Positions 26,568-39,841 of a DNA stretch of 60,000 nt are shown here, piece after piece. How positions within the stretch are numbered: the stretch's first letter is position 1; the number at the start of each line of letters is the position of its first letter. Both the position numbers and the translations under genes were made by a program. Below the pieces are notes generated by a model. The model was not told the origin of the DNA, did no database searches, and saw only the letters and a program-made list of their open reading frames with translations. Source of the stretch: Botryllus schlosseri (taxonomy: Eukaryota); contig CM119372.1 of NCBI GenBank assembly GCA_051294905.1, forward strand, positions 21,516,001-21,576,000, in the 5' to 3' direction.

Positions 26568-28947
26568 CTAAAAACGTAAGGAAGTTCAACTTTGTCGTGA
26601 AATTGAATAATTGAATATATTTTTAAACGGTTAGAGTTAGGCTACCGCCGGATTATTTTAAGCCATTCCTGTAGAATATAGTTAACGATAAGCAGTATTT
26701 CCACACCGGTTGGTCACTAAGGCACTTGCGGTAGATCACAGAGCTCCTTGGACCCTTGCTGCAATGTAAGATCTGTAATATTGTTTTCTTGAAATATTTT
26801 ATATTATGTATCGCGGAAGATAGAAGTTGCTTACTTAGATGCTTTTCACTTGCGTATGTATGAGGCTCAAGTTGAAATCCATATCATACGACAACGGACC
26901 TAATACCTAATTTTAGGTGCCCCTCTGGAAAAACTAATTACTTGCATTGATAATTGTGACTGCCAGATTCTCAGATGAAAAATCATGTGAGTGTATTATC
27001 GTCAGTTTTCCCTAAAATTTACTATTGAGAAAATACTGGAATTTGTGATATATCAAATCACGTAGGTTTTGTCGTCTGTACCACTAATCCATTTAGCGCC
27101 GTTGGTCTACTGCAGTAAGAGATGGTTTTAAAACGGTGTTTTAAAACACTTTGTAAAATTTCAATGACATTTCAAGAACAAAATTTTTTCTTTGTATTTT
27201 GAAAAATTGTATAATTACGTCATAATTGTGTGAATACTTTTGAAAAACATGTAGATTATATTTCGGCGACCTGTAATAGAAATAGTCGACGTATTAGACA
27301 TGGAATGATTGGAACCATAGACATTGTCGGCATTTGAGCAGTTATAACACTCTTGAACCGAACGGAAGTTTTGATGATGATGGCCAACCGTAAAATGCTT
27401 CATGACGATGTAGTCCTGATCAAATTTGCCATCACCGTTGAAGATTCGTGATGTTATATGACATAAAATCGAAGTTCACTATACATGGAATTCGCCGTGT
27501 GCGCCATGTTATATGTGTATATTAGTAACGCTCTTGACAATGGTCGCTATGCGCTTGGAAAGACTATAAGCATTCAGAAATCCCACGACGATGCTAATGT
27601 AATTGAATCGAGTTATTGCAGAGGGGCGGGATCTCGTGAAATTATTATTGAAATCCTTGAACCTGAAGACGTTCCGAAGTCACAATACCCTGCCACTCTT
27701 GAGTCGTGTGGATAGTGTCTTCAATAACCTTACTTGGGGTGACGATTTTGCAAATCCCGCCCTCGCGTAGGATGGCCTATTTGGGTATAGCATTGTGAGG
27801 AAAATGTGGGAAAGGTCAAGCAGTTATTGCTCTATGCAAGCAGTATGTAGTCTACTCATCTCAGTGATTTCGTAGCGTGAAAATATTTGTTGTATACATG
27901 AACCACATTCGAGAACAACATGCTGTGCACTCGGTGGAACCACTGTATTGCAATTTCGGATGTTAGGAAATCGCGGCTAAAAAAAATAAAACAATTGTTA
28001 CTGCATGGATCTGCAATAGTAATTATCTAGTAATTAAGTGCTGCGTAATTCATCCATTACATTTGTTGGTCGGGCGTTGCCTCTTTAGTTCAGTCAGATT
28101 TGCTGTTGGTACGAAGTGAGTTACGCTGAGTTATGTGTGGTCGCAGTTGCTGACTTCTGTTTCTATTATGTTGCTTTGTCTTTCCTACCACAGCCGACCA
28201 CTATTTTAAAACCTAGTTTCATGGCCTACCTCAATTTATTTTAGACATTATACTTTGTTACGTCTTTCATTTGAATACATGATATTTCAACTTTCATCAA
28301 CGGCCGGATCATCGTTTGTCAAGATCGGTCGTTGATTGAGTTCAATTTAAAAAGTGGCATCAATAGCTCGGGAAAGATGCATTTGCACGCAACGATTCAC
28401 ATTTTGGTACCATGAAGTCACATTGTTATTATATTATTATAAATTATGCATCAGGGAAACGGTAGCTTCCGCTCATTGTTGAAAAGCTAATTCTCATTCG
28501 AATTGTCATTTCTGCTGCCACCATGCGATGCCACATCTGCCTGAATGAGAAATCCTGGTATGCAGATAAAAGGTTGCGAAATTAGGGCCGGGTTGTAACT
28601 TCTTACGAAACCGCGCATACCGAGAGACAAGTATCGCCGGCATAACCGGCGGCATTTCAATTCGAACGCATCTCGAAAGTATTTCAGTTGTGAAACCTGC
28701 CTGTCTTTGCACGAGTCAATATTTCGTTGGAATGACCAAAGAATGTCATATGTTGTAAACCATTTTGCAGTTTATGGTTTCAATGACGTAAAGAGTGAAT
28801 GGGCGATATGTTTTGACACCGTTTATTACAATACCGCGCTCGATATCACTAATCAACGAGATGCTATCGAATAAGAAAAATAGATGCAATTCATGGATAT
28901 TTATACATTATAGACATATTCACATAGTTAACACGGCCTATACATAT

Positions 28948-29207
28948 CAGAGGTGGTCAGTAACGAAATACTTCTACTTTTCAACTATATTTTGCCGACT
29001 CGCACTACTTATTAAGTATTTATGATTTTAGACAACTTCAGCTTCTACTTGACAGTTTTCAGTTTTTTAGGCTAAAATAGGCGTAGAATACCTACTTACT
29101 TACTTACTTACTCGTGAACCGCCACTCCTATTTCTACTTGAGTATAAATTCTGGCGTTACTACTACTTCTACTTGAGTTGCGAAGGTGGCTATTTTGACC
29201 ACCTCTG
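28948..29207. mobile_element. cagaggtggtc-family hAT MITE
   Basis: TIR cagaggtggtca; perfect TSD atacatat. Confidence 0.9.
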
Positions 29208-30374
29208 ATACATATACAACGTAACATAATTGTGCGCATAATTTTGTATACCAATTACATCATGAATCATCTCACTGGACCAAGCCTACACACACCAGCA
29301 AGTGCATAAATGTATTTCACCATTACCTGCATTGTGATTTTAGAGCACGCATCATTCATTTCACTTTCGAGCATTTCTCAAAGCAAACTTGAAAATGTTC
29401 TTTCTAAAGGAAATTTTGAGATTACCCAACAAACACAGAACCGTGAAAGGATCATCCGGGATCATCTCGATTAGGTTCTGATTTTCTAAGTGTCGAGGGA
29501 ATGTCTAAAATACGTAGTAGGATGGTCTTGTGGTTATATTCAATCAGAATAAATTCATACTCGGTGTTGTTCCATCTCATGCATTAGGCTTCGTTATATC
29601 CGGTAGTTAACCTAATAATGCAAATTTTCTATCTCTCGTTGGTATGACTAAAATACGTAGAAAGGATGACTTTGTCGGTACATTCAATCACGATGAATTC
29701 CTATCCGGTTTTGTTCGATCTCATGCGGTAGCTTCGTTCTATCCATTAGAAAACAATGTTCTCCCTTCGTTTTATTGCGTGAGGATGTCACCGGTGTTGT
29801 ATATTCGTGTTGTTGCTCTAAGGTCGAACAGTTTTGTTTTCTTCTGATATATATGATCTTCATTATATATATATTCGCTCTTTCGGTAATCTCGCATGTT
29901 CAACGAGTATGGCTAATAGTTTTTATTCAGAGAATAACTAAATAAGTGAGATGTTGTACCATAGCAATTTACAGCGTAGCTGGCATGGAGAGTTCCATCT
30001 GACTACAATCGATGTTGTGGTTTACAGCGACACCTATCGCTAGCGTAATACTTTTTCGTCGTCATCCAGAACAGAGATGTAAAAGTAGCCGTAGTGAAGC
30101 AATCTTCCGATACTTGCGGAGATCATTCCATAATTTGCTAAATTAGGATATATAAAAACATTGTTTTCTTCTATAGGACGATTGCATCCATTCTGCTGAA
30201 GCAGATTCCGAGTGTAAATTATTCCAACGAGTGAAAGCTGCCTGATTTTTTTACAGTCTGTGTAGGGTAGGCCTACTTATTTCCAGTTATTGCAAATACT
30301 TCGGAAAGAACATATTTACAATGGCAATAACTGACAACTTGATAAAGCAGTGAGCACATATGTATGAACTACAG

Positions 30375-30786
30375 ACTGACAATATGTGAACCATCAAATA
30401 TGCCGGACCTGATGTGTGGAACAGTATCCCGCCGGCCATCCGACAGTCGACGAGCATGTCCACATTCAAGTCGAAATACAAGCAATTACTACTAAATAAA
30501 TACAGTCCATCCTCAAGATTACCGGACCACGACTGACCTATCGATCTCGCTTCCCATGACATGCCGCCCTATTTCTTGTCGCATTCTTTTTCTATACTAT
30601 CTTCTTTACTTTCATTCAGTGTGCATGCCTCCTCTTTGCATCGCCTAGGCCAAGGTGGGTGTCAGATTCCATAGACTACTCCTTGTCGCTTCGACATCTT
30701 CCTGTCTTTTCATTGTATCGCATTTTTGTGGTGTATTGAACTGATAAAATTGCTAATAAACCAACGATGATGATGATGATGAATGA
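30375..30786 (+). mobile_element. 3' end of a CR1/L2-like LINE
   Basis: TIKYAGPDVWNSIPPAIRQSTSMSTFKSKYKQLLL matches the ORF2 C-terminal WNSLP..FK pattern; followed by 3'UTR, aataaa and a (GAT)n tail. Confidence 0.75.
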
Positions 30787-31021
30787 GTGCAAATTTTGCT
30801 GACCTAACTATAGCAGTTGAAATTCCAACTACAACTCCATAAGCTGACAGATCAGTGACATCATTTATACAAAAATAGTGAGTAATTTCTTCTACGATAA
30901 CTCCAGAAGAAATCTCAAAAACTGTCCTGGTATGACAATGATATCTAAGTCGACGTTCTCGTTCTGTAGCATTTTATTCGGCGCGTTATCACGTTACTGA
31001 AATAGTGATCTATCATTAGAG

Positions 31022-31303
31022 CAGTGGTTCTCAAACGGAGGGCGTGAAAGCATCTGATGGGGGGCGCGAAGCTGCGATTCGCGAGATGTCCTTCAAATTC
31101 GTGTTATTGCTCTGTGTGTAGTCCGAATTTCATATTTGAGAATTCTCGCATCAACAGTCATAACCTTCCCTTCCGACAAACTGCCTGATTGGACTGCTAG
31201 CATTCTGGTTGAATTTTGACATATCACGGCAAAGGAGGGGGGCGCGAAATTTTTCATTGTCATAAAGGTGTGTGTGTCTAAAAAAAAAGTTTGAGAACCA
31301 CTG
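31022..31303 (+). mobile_element. Family C MITE
   Basis: TIR cagtggttctcaaac; perfect TSD cattagag. Confidence 0.9.
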
Positions 31304-31651
31304 CATTAGAGTCATATGTCAATATTATCGAGAGGTGGTCAGTAACTTCACAGTACGAAAAGTGGCCAGTACTTCTACTTTGTCGAATTAATCAAGGAGT
31401 TTTCTTTTACTTGCAGTATTTGATCAAGTAAATCTAATTTTCCACTACTTTTACTTCTACTTCATAATATTTTGTGATTTACATACTTACTTTTCGCTAT
31501 CTACATTTTGTCAAGTACGAGTATTATATTCTTCCAATGCTAAAGAGAGAAAAAAGATAGGGTCTGTTTTCAGGGAGTACAAAAAGGGAATTTTATCTTC
31601 ACAAGGTTAGTAAAATCCAGAATTTTCGTTGTGCTTCGCATGAAATAGATG

Positions 31652-32076
31652 CAGTGGTTCTCAACCTTATTGTCTTCGTGGACCCCTTTTGAACCGTCAC
31701 GGAACCTCGCAGACACACTCGCCTTTCAGTTCAAATTCAGCTCAATTATCGTGCAATCATCATCTGTCCCGTGCAAATACAAATTGTAGGCTTGCGATAA
31801 ACAGCGACAAGATGACTTTTCATGAAAACATCATCACACTATATGTAAAAAGTTGGTAGGCTTTTATTATTTCAAAGCAAGTTTTGCAGCTGAAATACGT
31901 GTCGTGTCTTGAAAATCCGCGTCTTCGATTTGATATGAACGACTGCGGAAAATCCATTTCCACAAATATCGGTGATGGCGAATGTAATCTTTACGCGTAA
32001 CGTTTCTGACAACACCTTTTGGTGTGATCGTGACATGGCACCAAAATTGAGAAAATATTTTTTCATGAAGATATCA
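31652..32076 (-). mobile_element. hAT/Buster element end with transposase dimerisation-domain remnant
   Basis: FAITDICGNGFSAVVHIKSKTR resembles F.TTYLCE.GFS....IK.K.R; terminus cagtggttctcaacc. Confidence 0.65.
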
Positions 32077-32084
32077 CGTCCAGC

Positions 32085-32569
32085 CGGCGTTGTAAATAAG
32101 TCACAAGGCTCCGAGTCACAAGTCAATCTCACTTTTATAGTTTTGACTTGAGTCAAGTCGAGTCATTTTCAATTGACCACTGAGTCAAGTCCGAGTTCAA
32201 GTCAGCGAACAGAGGGTCGAGTCCGAGTCCAAGTCATTGTTTTGAATGCTCAGTTTTCGGTTAAAGTCTTGTTACACCCACTTTTTATAATTAAGTTTGG
32301 TGATATCGAATAGTTCGCATTCATAATATACCAATTTTCTTCCCTTTTAGCAGTTTCTGGACGCATTTTTATGTACCAGTACCAAAACACGAAATCCCAT
32401 TAGGGTGGCTACTTTCCTATTCTTCGGAATTACAATGAAATGTCGGTCTTGGCCGTCTGAGTCTCGAGTCATATGACTTGGTTCGAGTCATGCGCAATGA
32501 CTCGAGTCTAAGTCGAGTCAATACACAAATTGACTCGAGTCGGACTCGAGTCGAGTCATTACAACCCTG
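32085..32569. mobile_element. hAT MITE with GAGTC/AAGTC repeats
   Basis: Right TIR ttacaaccctg; TSD cgtccagc/cgtccagt. Confidence 0.75.
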
Positions 32570-33249
32570 CGTCCAGTCTAGTCATTTCTGTCTAACATCT
32601 CATGCTGAAGTTATTGTGGAACAGTGGTTATGAATGTTTCCTCTAATTTTTGACGAGTCTGCGCGCACTCACCAACTCACTGCGCGGTCCCTTGAACAAC
32701 AGTGTGTAACGACTAAAAAAATAAAAATAAAAAAGGTCATCACTTCGGCTCTCTTGTGCGCGCCATAGATTTTTCTCGAGCTTCGAAACATTGATCACTA
32801 GTTGTTTAATGCTATGCCTTAGTTCTTTCCATCTAGTGCGCATGTACATCTCACTTACATCTCATAGGCCCAGGTAAGCGTCTGATTTCAAAGACTACTC
32901 CAAGTCCTTCCGAAACCAGTCTTGTGATTATATATTTCGAAATGATAAAATTATCAATAAACTGACACAGATACCGATAGTGCGGTGAATGCAATTAGGT
33001 GTTTTGGAAACCCGACCTACGTGCACAATTCTACAGCTTTATCGGCTGTTTTCAGTGGTTATACCTGTGAGAATTTTTTGAGATAGAAGCGATTTAAATC
33101 CGTCCACCTCATCAAACATGTTTCCCAGAGTAGATGACACTCGTTTAAAATGCACCCCCAATTTTGGCCCATTTGTAGCTTCAGCGCATTATCACGACTC
33201 GTAATTGATTTAATATTTACAACTGGTCTCCAGTATTTTCAACCACTTC

Positions 33250-33660
33250 TTTGACACCAATGGTTGCTGGTTCGAGTCTCGGCTTTGCCATGTTTCTATG
33301 TGTCGGAGGTTTATCTGGGCTCCTCATTGCCGATCCCGCTGTAAATACAGCGCCTTGAAAAGCCCAGAGGAAGAGAGAGCCTAAAGATGGCAGCTAAAGA
33401 TCACGTTGAAGGAACAAAAGCAAAAAGACATCTGACATTAATGAAATTCATGTACTGGACGCAAATGACTGTAATATCGATAAGCGCCAATGATGTGTTA
33501 ATAAAACAGGGCCGAACTCTAGAAAGATGGCAGCTAAAGATCACGTTGAAGGAACAAAAGCAAAAAGACATCTGGCATTAATAAAATTCATGTACTGGGC
33601 GCAAATGACTGTAATAGCGATAAGCGCCAATGATGTGTTAATGAAACAAACAAACAAACC
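33250..33660 (+). mobile_element. tRNA-derived SINE, 5'-truncated, with internal 140-bp-period duplication and (CAAA)n tail
   Basis: B box ggttcgagtct; shares acaccaatgg..ggttcgagtc..ggaggttta with 37736-37851; repeats 33383-33508 and 33523-33648. Confidence 0.65.
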
Positions 33661-33864
33661 TCAAAGAACGGTAAGGGAGATTTGGAACTTACCACCCAAC
33701 TTATTCAGAATCTTCGCGTTACACGCCTCCATATACGATAAGAGAAATTGACTTCATGTAAGAGCCATATTTGTATTTTATCGTAAGATTTAGCATTATG
33801 GTATTCTACTGTAGGTTTGTCGAATTTGATTTAAAAAATGCATCTAATCAAGGAACCATAATAA

Positions 33865-34092
33865 TCATTCCAGTCTCTTATAAACAGAGACCAGCGCCGT
33901 CATTGGTTTTCCCGTCTCTCGACATTCGCGGTTAACGTACGGAGCCTCTACACTCCTGACAAGGGCTATCCTTCCCTGCTCAACCTGACCAACCAAAATT
34001 TCCAACAAAATCTCCCGATATTTTGCGTTCTTCTCCGTGCTACGGCTGTTGAAAATCAGTAGACCGCCGATTTTCAGTACGTTTATGATGTG
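33865..34092 (-). CDS. METTL27: METTL27-like methyltransferase exon 5 (HIINVLKIGGLLIFNSRST...VSVYKRLE*)
   Basis: Acceptor gattgcattcag|CAC phase 0; 75 codons then TGA; absent from the ORF track. Confidence 0.85.
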   Translation of the reverse strand, partial: HIINVLKIGGLLIFNSRSTEKNAKYREILLEILVGQVEQGRIALVRSVEAPYVNRECRETGKPMTALVSVYKRLE

Positions 34093-34178
34093 CTGAATGC
34101 AATCAAATCATAATATGGAACACAGCTTATTGCAAAACATAATAAAGTGGTTGTAGATGACAAAATCGTCAGACTTAC

Positions 34179-34299
34179 TGGAACACATGCTTGCGGCAGA
34201 TGGTTTTCAATAAACGCTCCACCTACGGTGACGAAGTCGTAGCAGTTTACTTGCACTGGGAGAGGGTCAGTTCCAGTGACTGCTTCGCAAATTGCATTC
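34179..34299 (-). CDS. METTL27: METTL27-like exon 4 (NAICEAVTGTDPLPVQVNCYDFVTVGGAFIENHLPQACVP)
   Basis: tttgcag|G phase 2; CCA|gtaagt phase 0; YD....GAF...H motif. Confidence 0.85.
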
Positions 34300-34738
34300 C
34301 TGCAAATCAATACCGATAAGAAGCCCGGGTTCGAGTCGGAAAGGATTGAACCGCTTTGGCAACCCCATATACTGAAGAAACGGCCAAAGACATTCTACAT
34401 TACATAGTAAGTTTGATCACACTTGCCGTACTTACTATAGTGCATGGGTTGAAATAACATAATTTTGAAAATCACGCCGATTTGTGGTACTATTATTCAT
34501 TCTGCAATGGTTGGCAAGGATGAGTCTTATAATTTTAAAAGCTCTCATCAGCATTAAATAACCAGCAATAGCTTAAGTCCCGATCTACTTATAACAATCA
34601 ATTTCGTCACTAATTTGCCAGCCTTTTCCATGATTTGCTCCATAAAATTTTTGCTCGTCCTAGAAATAGTTACCTCTACTTATTGAACATCATCAATGAC
34701 TACTTTGATCACAACTGCCTACTCGAAAGACCAACGAG

Positions 34739-34931
34739 CAATGTTCCCTCTAATTTTTGACGAGTCTGCGCACTCTCACCAACCTACTGCGCAGACCCCT
34801 GGACAACAGTGCGCAACGACTAAAAAAAGGTCATCAGTTTAGATTTTTTGTGCGCAACTTAGATTTTCTGTGCGCATAGACCATGCCAGCACTGCGCATT
34901 TGCGGACGTGCGCAGTTTAGAGGGAACATTG
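34739..34931 (-). mobile_element. Family D short MITE (193 bp)
   Basis: TIR caatgttccctcta; perfect TSD ccaacgag. Confidence 0.9.
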
Positions 34932-34983
34932 CCAACGAGTAATCAATTAACAATATATGTCATAGATTCTATGACTCGGTCAC

Positions 34984-35095
34984 CTGTATATTCTTTTCTG
35001 TTTTGCCATCTCCAACATAGTTGCATTGATATCTATAGCATCACAAATCCCTTTGTACCCAGCGTTTTTGAAAACAAGTGCAGTGTTACCAGTGC
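34984..35095 (-). CDS. METTL27: METTL27-like exon 3 (TGNTALVFKNAGYKGICDAIDINATMLEMAKQKRIY)
   Basis: ctcacag|GC phase 1 completes motif I LDIAAGTG; AG|gtgacc phase 2; acidic motif II DAID. Confidence 0.9.
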
Positions 35096-36315
35096 CTGTG
35101 AGTTATAATAATACTGGATGTAATTGATGCTCTAAAAAGATTTTAAATCTCTTTTCATATTTCCAAGATCAATATTTCCGATGCGGCTTGTCCTTAAAAG
35201 GGCACTGCGCTCTAAAAGTGTTGTCACAAATTGAGGCACAGATCGAAATTTTTTTGGGCCGCAGACATTTCTTCAGAAAGCCACCGTAGTGAGTGAATCT
35301 TAGATTAGCCCCGTTCCACTCATGCTGACGCAGGTGCGCTTCATCGTTTCTTAACCCGTTGCGAAACTTCTGGCGCGATATCTTCACCGTCTCATTTACT
35401 CGATGCAACCCCCATATATTGTACCCTCAATCTCTTATGTAGTTTGTGGGAAACATATGCTGCGTCACTCACTTTTCTTTCACATGATACAGCAGCACGG
35501 ATTCTCAATGCCACTCGCAGCATATGCATAATCACCATACTGTCAAGGTTCGGTTTAAGCTACCGGTACCCTGCTGTGCAAATGCCGTCCGATCGAATGG
35601 GGAATTAATGTAGATGTGTGTTGTGTATTAACGAATGCACAATTCACAAGAATGATACAACGAAGGAGGTGCCGGTTGTGCCTCATTCACTGGTCAACAT
35701 ATATTTTTAGGCAGACAATGTAAAAGTGGTTATAGGGGTTATGAAGGGCAGTGATACCGAATAGGACCTTCGTTTTTTTTTCAAATTGGCTCTTGTTTTG
35801 TAGATAACCCATGGGGCAATTTCGACCGAAATCTCTCATTTTCGCTGTAATGGCTAGATAGAAAATGGGCTATATAAGTATTTATCTAGATACTAAAATA
35901 ACGTGGCATTAATTCAATCAGTATTACGTCAACCATCATTGGATTATAATATTATCAATTTACTTTAAAGCACAATTATTTAATGTACGATTTTCGCCTG
36001 TAAGCAATTTAGTGCAGTTTCTCGAAAGGTTCCAGCAATGGTCTGCCATAATATACAAACTAATATAACGAATGCTTATTGGTCAGTGAAGCTATATGCG
36101 TAGGCGAATTTACTTGATCAAACCGGGTTAAATCCACAAAAACTGTACAATGCAACAATTTAAATAGCCTAAGCCTACCCAAGAAGCCTCAAAGACACGG
36201 ACAACAATAAAGTGGGCGAAAGCACGCATTTCGGTGGATATTCCAACCCCAAAGAGAATATGTCCTACACGACCTACAGTTAGACACAGCAGAGAAGTTC
36301 TCAACTGCCATACAG

Positions 36316-37263
36316 CAGTGTTGGGATGACTCGAGTCATGACTTGACTCGAGTCAGACGCGAGTCACCTTTTTCGTATGGCTTGACTTGACTCGAGTCCC
36401 TTTGCTAAAATGACTTGACTTGACTTGACTCGGTGTATCAAAAATGTGGATTGACTCGTGACTCGGAGCAAAATTCACGAGTCAATTTCAAGTCATCAAG
36501 TAATCGGTGTCGATAAAATTCACTGTGTATTGCATATGTTCGGATTGTTCGCGAAACGCTGATGTGACTTGTGATAGCGAACAATCATGCAATGATCGTG
36601 CGTTTTACTGACCCTCTATTGTTCTCTCACAAATAAATTGACCGCAAACGAAGTGATCGAAGCTTACAGCTTACGTTGTCGTAAACTAGTAAATAGTGAA
36701 GTAATTTAATAGCAAAATGTCTATTTCTTTTCTGTGTTCTTACCTTAATCAAACCTATTGTTTTATCGAATTTGAATTCGAATATTGTTATATACTCTTC
36801 AACCATTAGCGCAGGCACGAATTGTATCATACGTAAATGAATAATGTATTGAATATTATCAATTCGTTTCTCTATTCTCTATTCTCTAATTTGACTGGTA
36901 ACTATAAACTGAGTTTTACGAATATGCGAGTGATACAGCGCCTTCTTCGGTGTATAGTCAACTCTATATTCGTTCATCGGTTCAAAATCAATGACTTCTC
37001 AATCTGTATTTGAGACAGCTAGTTCAATGTAATGACGTAATTATGCCTCATACTTCAAAAAGGCAACTTGACTTGAATTGTGACTTGACTCGTGACTTGA
37101 CTTGACTTGACTCGATTTGACTCGAGTCACCTCCAAAAATCGAGTGACTTGACTTGACTCGAGTCACCTTCGAGAATCGATTGACTTGACTTGACTCGAG
37201 TCAAAATGTGCAATGACTCGAAATGATTCGTGACTCGAAGGTAGTGACTTGATCCCAACACTG
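36316..37263 (+). mobile_element. Family A MITE
   Basis: TIRs; perfect TSD ccatacag. Confidence 0.9.
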
Positions 37264-37735
37264 CCATACAGTGATCAGTACAGTGATTCGACTGGATTTT
37301 TAACAAGGATGCAGACTTGCCGCACCCCTGCCTGTTTAACCAGGCTTCTGACCGACACAGACTTAAAACTTCAACAGTCAAGTTTTGGCTAAGCACTTAG
37401 CGCGGATTGAATCCCAAACTTCACATTTCTCTGACAAAAGGTGTAATCACTAACAATTGACCACAGATGCCAATGCTGGTGCCGTGTATTTTATGGATTT
37501 GTGTGGAGGGGTGTATCTTGCTTATTTACACCCATTAGCTTAGGTGTAAATGAAAAATTTAGTACCAGGGAGGTGTGATGACTCAGAACACACCCTACGC
37601 CAGGGAGTGAATTGCGAAAACACACCATTTTCGTTTACAGTGTATGTTCATCTCATAGGCCTTGATATCTTTCTTTAGTTGTTTTGATGTATTGGTGGAA
37701 CCTCTCTCCTTGCTAATCAACAAGATGATCAGGAA

Positions 37736-37851
37736 GTGGCGAGATAGCGCAGTAGTACGATCCGCGGCGGCAACACCAATGGGTGCGGGTTCGAGTCCGA
37801 CCGAGGTCGACTTCAGAATTCCGATTCCTAAGTGTTGGAGGTTTACCTAGC
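37736..37851 (+). mobile_element. tRNA-derived SINE head, interrupted by a MITE
   Basis: A box tagcgcagtag and B box ggttcgagtcc; body resumes ggctcctc after 38658. Confidence 0.65.
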
Positions 37852-38658
37852 TACGGTTGCCATACCTCCGGAATTTCACTGTCAAAACTGCGCCCGGGAG
37901 GAATTTCTAGAATATGCCTAAATGTCCGGAATTTGAAGGAAGCTAATAATTTTTCCTAGATCAACATAAACAATACTATTTCGGGGCAGATATGCAACAT
38001 TAAAAATTTTCTTCGCGCTGCGCGCGATTTAGTGTCGTGGATATTGGTTTTAACATGGGGACTACTACTAACCTCGCAAAACTGCGATCAAAATTAAATA
38101 AAAATAACATCCAGTTACAGAAATGAGTCTAATTATTATTGCAATTACAAGATAACGGTATGTACAATTGTACATAGAGTCGGTTTAGGCCGTTTGGACT
38201 TTGGACATGACTTTAACGATGTACAATTACGCTCCTTGCATTTTCGAAGTCATCATCCTCATCCTCCACCTGCTCTACCGCTGACTCTGATCATATGGGC
38301 GCAGAGGGGATCAAATTATGTAACATTATATGGAAGAACCGATATTATTGACATAATTCATTCAAATCATTTAACGACCAGATGCATAGAAACCAGATGC
38401 ATATAGTAAGCTTAAGATCAGTGTTCATTGTTTATTTGGGCGGTAGGATACTGAAAAATGTGGCTACGGCCCTGGTTACATCCTACAACACACAACCACA
38501 TACTCCTAAACCGGATCGTGACCACCTCTAGTCAATAAACAAAGCTTTGCTGGTGTGACGTCATATTGATCAACAATGTGCTCATACCTCATTTTGAAAT
38601 CCGCTAGTGGGCGATAAAGAGCGTCCGGAATTTAAATTACAAAAATATGGTAACCCTA
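37852..38658. mobile_element. hAT-like MITE, inverted relative of 6158-7283
   Basis: tacggttgcca...tggtaacccta; near-TSD acctagc/acctaggc. Confidence 0.8.
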
Positions 38659-39059
38659 ACCTAGGCTCCTCCGTTTTTCTGTCGTGCAAAAGTGCAATTT
38701 TCAGGCTTGACTAACTGCTTTTTTGACAAACAAATATTACGCATCAGGTCATGTTAATATTGATACAATGACTGAGAACGACATGAGCGTTCTTCATAGT
38801 CAATTATCAATTTATGCGCATTATAAAATTTAAAAAAACTACGATTTCTTCCTACCGAGTGAAATATTCAAGGGTAGGCTAAATACAGTAATTTTGTTTT
38901 TTTTAGGGGTATAAGTATCTTCTGAGCAAGAGCCAATCTGGCAAAACTAATGTGATATTCGTAATCAGCAACTTCGAAAACTCCTGAAACGGTTCTCAGA
39001 TGTTTTACCATATTTTTTCATTTTATTGACCAGTGTTTTATATCGATGTATTATTGTAG

Positions 39060-39720
39060 TGCATACGATACAGTAATGCGACAATATCCATTGGCCAAGA
39101 ACGTATTCGGTGGCTGTCACTTCAGTTCGTAAATCACTGCAGAGGCCTGTTTCCAATATTTATGGTGAATTTGAATGTGTCCTTGAGAATGTTCAATCGT
39201 GGCTAGTGTCAGATCATAAGACATTAGCATAGCACTGCACAATACTGGTAGCGTACAACCGAGCCTCGGCCAGTATGGTGATTATATACATACTGCAGGA
39301 TATCCCTGATCTTCCAACCATGAATTGTATATCTCGTATAATATCGTGCCGTACTCTGGCAATCGATAGACATCCTGTCGTAATTTACTTCTAGTATAGA
39401 ACGCCATGATTCGACGGAATCTAGGATATTCATTTCTAAACATACTTGCATCAACGTCTGAAATATATCCGTATGTCTTGAGTACTATCTGTGTTTAAGA
39501 AGAGCTATATAGACCAGCAAAAAGGAACTTCTCGAGTTAAGTATTCAGAGGGCTAACCTACAATATTGGACAGCTATACTTCTGAGTTGTACTTCACAGA
39601 GCATATACCTTTACTGCTGCAATAAATATGTTGCAGATATCGTTGAGAGTCCGTGCTGTTGTACCATATGGATTGGGGAAGCAAAGTAAGTGACGCCCAT
39701 GTTTTCCAAGGACTACAGAA
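39060..39720 (+). pseudogene. Possible decayed TPR-repeat coding fragment, antisense in METTL27-like intron 2
   Basis: Frame-broken DISIALHNTGSVQPSLGQYG (~39220-39280) and TYNIGQLYF*..AAINMLQISLRVR (~39555-39655). Confidence 0.35.
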
Positions 39721-39841
39721 ATAAATGAAGCTGGAATATGGAGATCGCGTCGACCAAGTCCGACGGTGAAGATATCGCGCCAGAATTTCCACAACCGGTT
39801 AAGAAACGATGATGCGCAGCCGCGGCGGCTGGATTGAAACG

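Larger units (their letters stand above)
35815..39036 (-). mobile_element. Fragmented inverted copy of the 4349-5640 Sola-like element
   Basis: Blocks ~35815-36055, ~37645-37733 and ~38715-39036 match 5205-5630, 5118-5205 and 4349-4670 in reverse. Confidence 0.7.

Noticed and set aside
35169..35415. Coding-looking GC-richer segment
   Set aside because: Its right part is an inverted copy of 39737-39841 plus 40983 onward, so a dispersed repeat, not an exon.
37736..37812. tRNA gene
   Set aside because: A and B boxes present but no cloverleaf; body shared with 33250 copy, so a SINE.
39294..39712. Two minus-strand pseudo-exons (39712-39609, 39457-39294) phase-compatible with the methyltransferase exons
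   Set aside because: They would destroy motif I; exon 35095-34984 supplies TG and motif II and fits both neighbours.
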